Below, one piece after another: positions 26,701 to 35,939 of a stretch of DNA of 64,000 bases. The stretch comes from Eledone cirrhosa (Eukaryota), in NCBI GenBank assembly GCA_964016885.1, contig OZ024763.1, forward strand, positions 6,510,001 through 6,574,000, written 5' to 3'. The position numbers were made by a program, and so were the translations under genes. The notes beneath the pieces were generated by a model, which worked only from the letters and a program-made list of their open reading frames with translations, was not told where the DNA came from and did not search any database. Positions within the stretch are counted from its first letter, which is position 1. Every line of letters starts with the position of its first letter.

Positions 26701-29700
26701 GTGTACATGAGAGAGATGGGGAGAGTGGGAGAGATAGAGGTGGTGACAGTGGGAGTTTGGTTCCTCTGTGTTGAGACCTGGTGTACATGAGAGAGATGGG
26801 GAGAGTGGGAGAGATAGAGGTGGTGACAGTGGGGGTTTGGTTCCTCTGTGTTGAGACCTGGTGTACATGAGAGAGATGGGGAGAGTGGGAGAGATAGAGG
26901 TGGTGACAGTGGGGGTTTGGTTCCTCTGTGTTGAGACCTGGTGTACATGAGAGAGATGGGGAGAGTGGGAGAGATAGAGGTGGTGACAGTGGGGGTTTGG
27001 TTCCTCTGTGTTGAGACCTGGTGTACATGAGAGAGGTGGGGAGAGTGGGAGAGATAGAGGTGGTGACAGTGGGGGTTTGGTTCCTCTGTGTTGAGACCTG
27101 GTGTACATGAGAGAGATGGGGAGAGTGGGAGAGATAGAGGTGGTGACAGTGGGGGTTTGGTTCCTCTGTGTTGAGACCTGGTGTACATGAGAGAGGTGGG
27201 GAGAGTGGGAGAGATAGAGGTGGTGACAGTGGGGGTTTGGTTCCTCTGTGTTGAGACCTGGTGTACATGAGAGAGATGGGGAGAGTGGGAGAGATAGAGG
27301 TGGTGACAGTGGGGGTTTGGTTCCTCTGTGTTGAGACCTGGTGTACATGAGAGAGGTGGGGAGAGTGGGAGAGATAGAGGTGGTGACAGTGGGGGTTTGG
27401 TTCCTCTGTGTTGAGACCTGGTGTACATGAGAGAGATGGGGAGAGTGGGAGAGATAGAGGTGGTGACAGTGGGGGTTTGGTTCCTCTGTGTTGAGACCTG
27501 GTGTACATGAGAGAGATGGGGAGAGTGGGAGAGATAGAGGTGGTGACAGTGGGGGTTTGGTTCCTCTGTGTTGAGACCTGGTGTACATGAGAGAGATGGG
27601 GAGAGTGGGAGAGATAGAGGTGGTGACAGTGGGGGTTTGGTTCCTCTGTGTTGAGACCTGGTGTACATGAGAGAGGTGGGGAGAGTGGGAGAGATAGAGG
27701 TGGTGACAGTGGGGGTTTGGTTCCTCTGTGTTGAGACCTGGTGTACATGAGAGAGATGGGGAGAGTGGGAGAGATAGAGGTGGTGACAGTGGGGGTTTGG
27801 TTCCTCTGTGTTGAGACCTGGTGTACATGAGAGAGATGGGGAGAGTGGGAGAGATAGAGGTGGTGACAGTGGGGGTTTGGTTCCTCTGTGTTGAGACCTG
27901 GTGTACATGAGAGAGATGGGGAGAGTGGGAGAGATAGAGGTGGTGACAGTGGGGGTTTGGTTCCTCTGTGTTGAGACCTGGTGTACATGAGAGAGGTGGG
28001 GAGAGTGGGAGAGATAGAGGTGGTGACAGTGGGGGTTTGGTTCCTCTGTGTTGAGACCTGGTGTACATGAGAGAGATGGGGAGAGTGGGAGAGATAGAGG
28101 TGGTGACAGTGGGGGTTTGGTTCCTCTGTGTTGAGACCTGGTGTACATGAGAGAGGTGGGGAGAGTGGGAGAGATAGAGGTGGTGACAGTGGGGGTTTGG
28201 TTCCTCTGTGTTGAGACCTGGTGTACATGAGAGAGATGGGGAGAGTGGGTCCTGGTGTATATATCTATGTGACTGATTTATTTGTACAATTTTAATAGCT
28301 AATAAAATTTGATATTTTGAAAAAAAAAGCTAATAGTTGTTGACTGACCAACTAGTTACTAGTTGTTGATTGACTAGCTAGTAACTAGTTGTTGACTGAC
28401 TAGCTAGTTATTAGTTGTTGACTAACTAGCTAGTAACTAGTTGTTGACTAATTAGCTAGTAGCTAGCTGGTAACTAGTTGTTGACTGACTAGCTAGTATC
28501 AAGCTAGTAACTAGTTGTTGACTGACTAACTAGTATCAAGCTAGTAACTAATTGTTGACTGACTAGGTAGTAACTAGTTGTTGACTGACTAACTAGTATC
28601 AAGTTAGTAACTAGTTGTTGACTGACTAGCTAGTATCAAGCTAGTAACTAGTTGTTGACTGACTAGGTAGTAACTAATTGTTGACTGACTAACTAGTATC
28701 AAGTTAGTAACTAGTTGTTGACTGACTAGCTAGTATCAAGTTAGTAACTAGTTGTTGACTGACTAACTAGTACCTAGCTAGTAACTATTTAGTTTTCAGT
28801 CAGCAACTATTTTATATATGGTATTTCTACCACACTAAACATATTGATATCTTTTCCTTGTCTTTTATTTGCAGGCTGGAGTGTTCCACCTTCCCAGGAA
28901 CTTTCATGGGTTACTCAAACATGTCATACTAAAGAGGAAGGCACGGTTAGTTCTGTTCTGTGTATATATATATAAGTGGAAAGATGCTGTACAGAGAAGG
29001 ACCTGTCAAATCCATGCAAGTGTGGAACAACGGATGTAAAATGATGACACATACACACACACACACACATACATACATACATTAAGTACTATTGCTGTCT
29101 TGTCTAATCTGTTGTGTTTTTATCCTGAATAGCTCTATTTTCTAACAGGGTATTGTTTATATATATATATATAAAATAATGAAGTCAAATATGTAAAATT
29201 TGGCTTCGTTTATTATAAATTATAGATATACTGCTATATATATTTCGGTGACAGCCATCATTGTCTGTGACCTCTTCAGGCAGTCCGAATTGGTGTGGGA
29301 AAGACAGGTACACATGTTGTTGAAGTGTGTTTTACTCCGTCAATACATCGATATGTCCAGCTCCTGGTTGTGTTGTTATTCCTCCGAGGAACTGGAATCA
29401 TATGAGTTAGAACAAATGAATTTCACTAATCACTCGAAGTTGCGTCACTCGACCTTAAATACAGTGTTTGCCTCTGATCAAATCATCGGAATACTGGAGG
29501 GTTTAACATATGGCATTGGTATTTATAGATACAGCGGAGAATCAAAACAATAACATCAATAATAAAAGATAATAAAGAAGTTAGAATAAAGATGATAAAG
29601 TTGTAAAAAATAAGTAAAAAAAAAATAAGTACAGAATACGATTGCTGATAATAGTGGTGCAGATATATCTCATAAAATAATACAGCCAATTATCCACACA

Positions 29701-29820
29701 CTACTATATAGTTAACACCCCAAACGTTTAATTGGGAATATACTCCGGTATTTCCTAATGTTTGTTGAGTGAGTTGGAATTGGTCGGAGTATTGCTAATA
29801 GCTTTCTCCGTTTATGTATT

Positions 29821-29885
<65 letters not shown>

Positions 29886-32157
29886 GAGTTAAACAAGATT
29901 CAATGAGTACATCAAAGAATGAGTTTTACAGTAGATTGGAAGCGCTCTACGGAAAATAATTTTCCAGAGTTATTAATATTAAAATACAAATATTAATAAA
30001 ATAGATGTTCTTTTGATCAATTAAATTTTATTATACATATTTCAGAGGTACAACAGTACGTCCTCATCAGACAAAATAAAATGATACATGACATACCCTG
30101 AGATGTTAAATATTAACCATTTAACATCTCAGGGTATGTCATGTATCATTTTATTTTGTCTGATGAGGACGTACTGTTGTACCTCTGAAATATGTATAAT
30201 AAAATTTAATTGATCAAAAGAACATCTATTTTATTAATATTTGTATTTTAATATATATATATCTGTAGAAACCAAGCCAAAATCAGTTCTGTATGAGCAA
30301 GACATGGTCACCTGACCTGGCATTACTCACAACAGAACAATTCGTCTAATCCATGCTACCCTGGAAAATGGACGTTAAACGATGATGATGATATATATAC
30401 ATACGTTTGTGTGTGTGTCTCCGTGTCCATGTTTACATTTTACTGGCTGTCTAAGTTCCGTAATCTAATAAAATATATCCCACACCTGAGAAAATGGACA
30501 GTGAGGTTGATATCACCGACTAAACTTCTTTCAAGGTCGTGCCCCAGCATGACCGCAGTCTAATGCCTGAAACAAAGAAAAAATATCGTTCATCTCCGTC
30601 TAGGTAGAGGATAATCAAATTTAAAGGGAAGTGACTCTTGTTTAAAGAGTTACTTCCCCTGAATTCAGGGGAAGTAACTCTAAACTAAATAGTTTAATTT
30701 TTTAATTTTTTAAAACATGAACATCCCAATATATATGTTTAAAAAGACCTCTTCTTTTTCTTTCTCGATCGGAAAATATCAAGTGCTGTGTCGCCGCGGC
30801 TCACGTGTCTGTGTGGAATATGATCCACTGCTGTGCCACGAATCGGAAAATGCTAAGATATATATATATATATATATATAGAAAAACAGAGTGACATGTG
30901 CAGGGCCTCCAAGAGAAATTTTGCAAGGCTCAAGAACCCTTTGGGGTCTGAAGCAGGCAAAGATTTTTCTCAAAATAGATGTTGCATAGTTGCTATGGGG
31001 ACTTCTTAGCTCTTGGGTCCCAGAACAAAGTACCGACTGGACCCTCCACTTATAGGCCCTAGACATGTATATTACCACAACATTATCAACAACAACCATA
31101 ACAACATTATCAACAATAATAACAACCACAACAACAACAAAAACAACATCAACAACAACCACAACAACAACCACAACAGCAATAACACATTTATTTGTTG
31201 CAGGAAAATATAGCTTATTACAGTTTCCCGTTCAACCTGGAGATGTTTTATCGGGCGGAACAGACACAGTCTAACCATGAAGGTCCGTTGTAAACTTTTC
31301 AAATTCCCTATATTTTTCTAATATTTGGTTTGTTTACAAGTAAACAGCCTCATAAAATACCACGTGGTAGATGACGATGTTGTCATCTACCACGTGGTAG
31401 ATGACAACATCGTCCTCCTTTTGTTTCAGCCGGAACTGAGAGAAAACAATCGACAATTGACAACTGACAATTATTTTGGAGTGTGTTACTCCTTGTCAAG
31501 TTTGTGTATTCTGCTCACTTGCTTCCCACTGGAACTGATGAGAATACATAGTATTCAATTGTTTTCTCTCAGCTACCACTGGAACAAAAGGAGGATATTG
31601 TTCATCTACCACGTGATGTATTATGAGGCTGTTTACATGTAAACCAACCAAATATTAATAATATTATGATATTATTATATTATTATTATTATTATTATTA
31701 GGGCTGCAGAATTGGTAGAGCATCAGACGCCATGCTTTGCAGCATAGAGTTATGGCCCTTTACGTTCTGTGTTCAAATCCCGCCGAGGTTAACTTTGCCT
31801 TTCATCCTTACGGTGCCGATAAAATAAAGTACCAGTAATACACTGGGGTAATTGCTGGCCTTGTGCCAAAAGTAGAAATAAATTATATTCACTCACAAAT
31901 ACATTTAGGTATCCTCCATGTTAAGAGCAAAAATAAATGTTGTTTCTTTATTTTTCCATTCCATTCTATCTTCTAAGTCAGTCGTCTCTAACCAGGCTAC
32001 ACAGTCTACCTTATGTTGAGTGGAGTCTACCTTATGTTGAGTGGAGTTTACCTTATGTTGAGTGGAGTCTACCTTATTTTGAGTGGAGTTTACCTTATTT
32101 TGAGTTAATGTACCTTATGTTAAGAAATCTTGCAAAACAAATACAAAAGAAAAGTAT

Positions 32158-32209
<52 letters not shown>

Positions 32210-32303
32210 CCATTTACTGTCAATTCTTCCATGTTTGCATGTGTATATATATATACTTTGATTAGAATGCTATTGAAGTGTGTATACACTTTTTTGGGGG
32301 ACC

Positions 32304-32360
<57 letters not shown>

Positions 32361-35300
32361 CACACATACATATACATATATATATATCATTTGTTACAGA
32401 AAATGTACCCAGTTTGCCCACCATCTACATCGAAGTGTTATCCATGGATTCCTGGCATCGGTACCGTACCGAAGGTTACACGCATTACGTGATACCACCT
32501 CAGACAGGTAATAACTGTATATGTTATTATCACCTTAATGAGTTTTACCTTTTCAATACTAACCACCTGGAACAGCCCCTGATTCGGTGATACATACATG
32601 ACTGTTAAGTTTTTAAAATGTTTCTATATCTAAAAACCTTCCACTATAATTTCATGTAAAGAAACCTTTGTTAAGTTATGTTCCAACCACCATTTAAAAA
32701 TCAGAAAGATGATTATATTAATAAATCTCTAAAGAATTCCTGATTATTTTAAAAATTATTTAATAATTTGAAAACCGTAGGCAGTGTCTTTATGGTAATG
32801 AAATGGTTAAAGTGTTTATATTTATCTAAAAATCTTCCATCATAATAAGAGTCTTTGTTAAGTTATGTTCCAAATACCAATGTTGTGTTACTTAATTCCT
32901 CCAAATTCTTGATTATTTAAGAAAATAGTAAAGAAAGGGTTAAAGTATTTATATTTATCTAAAAATCTGCCCTTTATCATAATTTTATGTTAAGAGCCTT
33001 TAGAAATATGGCAAAGAAAAAGTTAAAGGGTTTATATTTATCCAAAAATCTGCCCCTTATTATAATATATAGGAACCTTCAGAAATATGGTAAAAAAAGG
33101 GCTTAATCCATCCTTACATTTATTGTAGGGGTTCACAAGGAAAGTTTGAACTGCTGGAGACCTAAAGGGATTTCAGTTATTTCAGAGTTACGAAGGTTTT
33201 TCATCGGAGGTTCCCCTGAGCTGGAAGATCCAACATACACAGGAGTTCCATCAACGTTTGAGGTATAACAGTTTTATAGGAAATCTTAACAAAGTGACTT
33301 TATGGTGGTGAATTGGTAGAGTTGTTAGAACATCGGATAGAATGCCTTGTGGTAGTCATTCTGGCTCTCTGCACTCTAAGTTCAAATCCCGCCGACGTCA
33401 ATTTTGCCTTTCATCTTTTTGAGGTTGATGAAATAAAGTAGCAGTCAAGTACTGGGATTGATTCTTCCTCTATATCTCTTTCTCACTTGCTTTATCTCTC
33501 TCTCAGACATTGTCAGAGTCGTTAGAACATTGGATAGAATGCCTTGTGGTATTTGTTCTGGCTCTCTGTTCTCTCTAAGGTCAAATCCCGCCTTTCATCC
33601 TTTTCATGTTGTTAAAAAAATCATACCAGTACAGTACTGGGGTCAATCTTTCTCTATATTTCTGACCTCCATTCTCTCTCTCTCTCTTGCTTTTTGGAAG
33701 AAATCACCTGTGTTCAGACCTGGAGAGAGAGGTAATAGGCCCTGCCAGGTTTTAAAATGCACAAGAAACATCATATGTCACTACGGCACCCCTACAACTC
33801 CATCACGACTCTATCAGGAGTTACGGGTTAAAGGAAAAAAATGTCTAAGAATTTAAAAAAGAGCAGTTGAAATTCTTTTTCTCAGATATTTAACTTCATT
33901 TCTCTTCTTTACCCACTTATTCCTGAGAGGGTCATGGGGGCAGAGTCCTCAAACACTCCTTCCAGTGGGTCCTGTCAGAAGTAACTGTCTCTAACTGATC
34001 TGGCTGGATCCCCAAGCGAGACCAGCCAAACTCATGGATGTTATCCAATCATCTTGCTCAGGGTCTACCCCTGGGTTTCCTGCCAGTTGACTTTGCCCGT
34101 AAAATCTGTCCAGTGATTCTTTCCTGAGACATTATAACCACATGTCCATAGTATCAGAGCTGTGATCTTTCAATTGGAGGAAGTAGCAGCTCTACCTGGA
34201 GTGACTCTCTGATCTCTGAGCTACAAACCTGTCCAGTGTTTCTTTCCTGAGACATTCTAACCACATGTCCATAGTATCAGAGCTGTGATCTCTCAATTGA
34301 GGGAAGTAGCAGCTCTACCTGGAGTGACTCTCTGATCTCTGAGCTACAAACCTGTCCAGTGTTTCTTTCCTGAGACATTCTAACCACATGTCCATAGTAT
34401 CAGAGCTGTGATCTCTCAATTGAGGGAAGTAGCAGCTCTACCTGGAGTGACTCTCTGATCTCTGAGCTACAAACCTGTCCAGTGTTTCTTTCCTGAGACA
34501 TTCTAACCACATGTCCATAGTATCAGAGCTGTGATCTCTCAATTGAGGGAATTAGCAGCTCTACCTGGAGTGACTCTCTGATCTCTGAGCTACAAACCTG
34601 TCCAGTGTTTCTTTCCTGAGACATTCTAACCACATGTCCATAGTATCAGAGCTGTGATCTCTCAATTGGGAGAAGTAGCAGCTCTACCTGGAGTGACTCT
34701 CTGATGTCTGAGCTACAAACCTCTCCAGTGATTCTTTCCTGATATTTAACAATTTCAAAAATATTTTTCAGGGCAACCTTTTCAGTAAATTTGGATTCCG
34801 AACAGAAACCACCGGAACTGTCAATCTCAGAGTTAATATGATGATGCAATCAAAGTAAGGGGAGAATTTTTACTGTATTTATATCATCTATAGTGAAGAC
34901 CTGGTATTGTATTTGTTAGAGTGTTGGGTTTAGTGTATATAAGACATGGTAGTGTAGTAGTTAGAGTGTTGGGTTTACTATATATAATACCTGGTAGTGT
35001 AGTTGTTAGAGTGTTGGGTTTAGTGTATATAAGACCTGGTAGTGTAGTAGTTAGAGTGTTGGGTTTACTATATATAATACCTGGTAGTGTAGTAGTTAGA
35101 GTGTTGGGTTTACTGTATATAAGACCTGGTAGTGTAGTTATTAGAGTGTTGGGTTTACTATATATAAGACCTGGTAGTGTAGTAGTTAGAGTGTTGGGTT
35201 TACTGTATATAATACCTGGTAGTGTAGTTGTTAGAGTGTTGGGTTTACTGTATATAAGACCTGGTAGTGTAGTAGTTAGAGTGTTGGGTTTACTGTATAT

Positions 35301-35907
35301 AATACCTGGTAGTGTAGTAGTTAGAGTGTTGGGTTTACTGTATATAATACCTGGTAGTGTAGTAGTTAGAGTGTTGGGTTTACTGTATATAAGACCTGGT
35401 AGTGTAGTAGTTAGAGTGTTGGGTTTACTGTATATAATACCTGGTAGTGTAGTTGTTAGAGTGTTGGGTTTACTGTATATAATACCTGGTAGTGTAGTAG
35501 TTAGAGTGTTGGGTTTACTGTATATAAGACCTGGTAGTGTAGTAGTTAGAGTGTTGGGTTTACTGTATATAATACCTGGTAGTGTAGTTGTTAGAGTGTT
35601 GGGTTTACTGTATATAAGACCTGGTTGGAGATGTGATGTTTCCTTGAGCAAGACACTCCACTCCATTTAGATATCTCAAGTATTCACTATATGTCATCTA
35701 AAGCTGTCCGTCACTGTATAAGCTTCTTCTTCTTCTTCTTCTTGCCTGTCTGTCTGTCTGTCACTATATTTACTTTTTCTTCTTTAGGGATTTCTTTGAC
35801 AAGAAAGCCAGCAGCAAGGCCTCAAGTAACATCATGAGATCAATGGGGTGAGTTGACTGACACACACATACACACACACATATATACTCATATATATATA
35901 TACACAC

Positions 35908-35939
<32 letters not shown>

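Noticed and set aside
25488-28228. Three 839-897 aa minus-strand ORFs
   Set aside because: They are translations of the 80-bp satellite, open in all three frames only because the unit has no stop on that strand; the array is inside an MKS1 intron.
25555-28248. CRISPR-like array
   Set aside because: Head-to-tail identical units with no unique spacers, no cas genes, eukaryotic context. The same applies to the 49-bp, 45-bp and 123-bp arrays.
29200-29553. 117-aa ORF as a retroelement protein
   Set aside because: Non-ATG start, no RT or GIY-YIG motifs; overlaps a non-coding TA-flanked insert.
29975-30254. pre-miRNA or classic MITE interpretation of the long hairpins
   Set aside because: Arms are far longer and more perfect than animal pre-miRNAs. 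One-sided tails and copy-specific arm lengths do not fit fixed transposon TIRs.
34884-35670. 15-aa repeat proteins on both strands
   Set aside because: 45-bp tandem repeat derived from a SINE head within an MKS1 intron.
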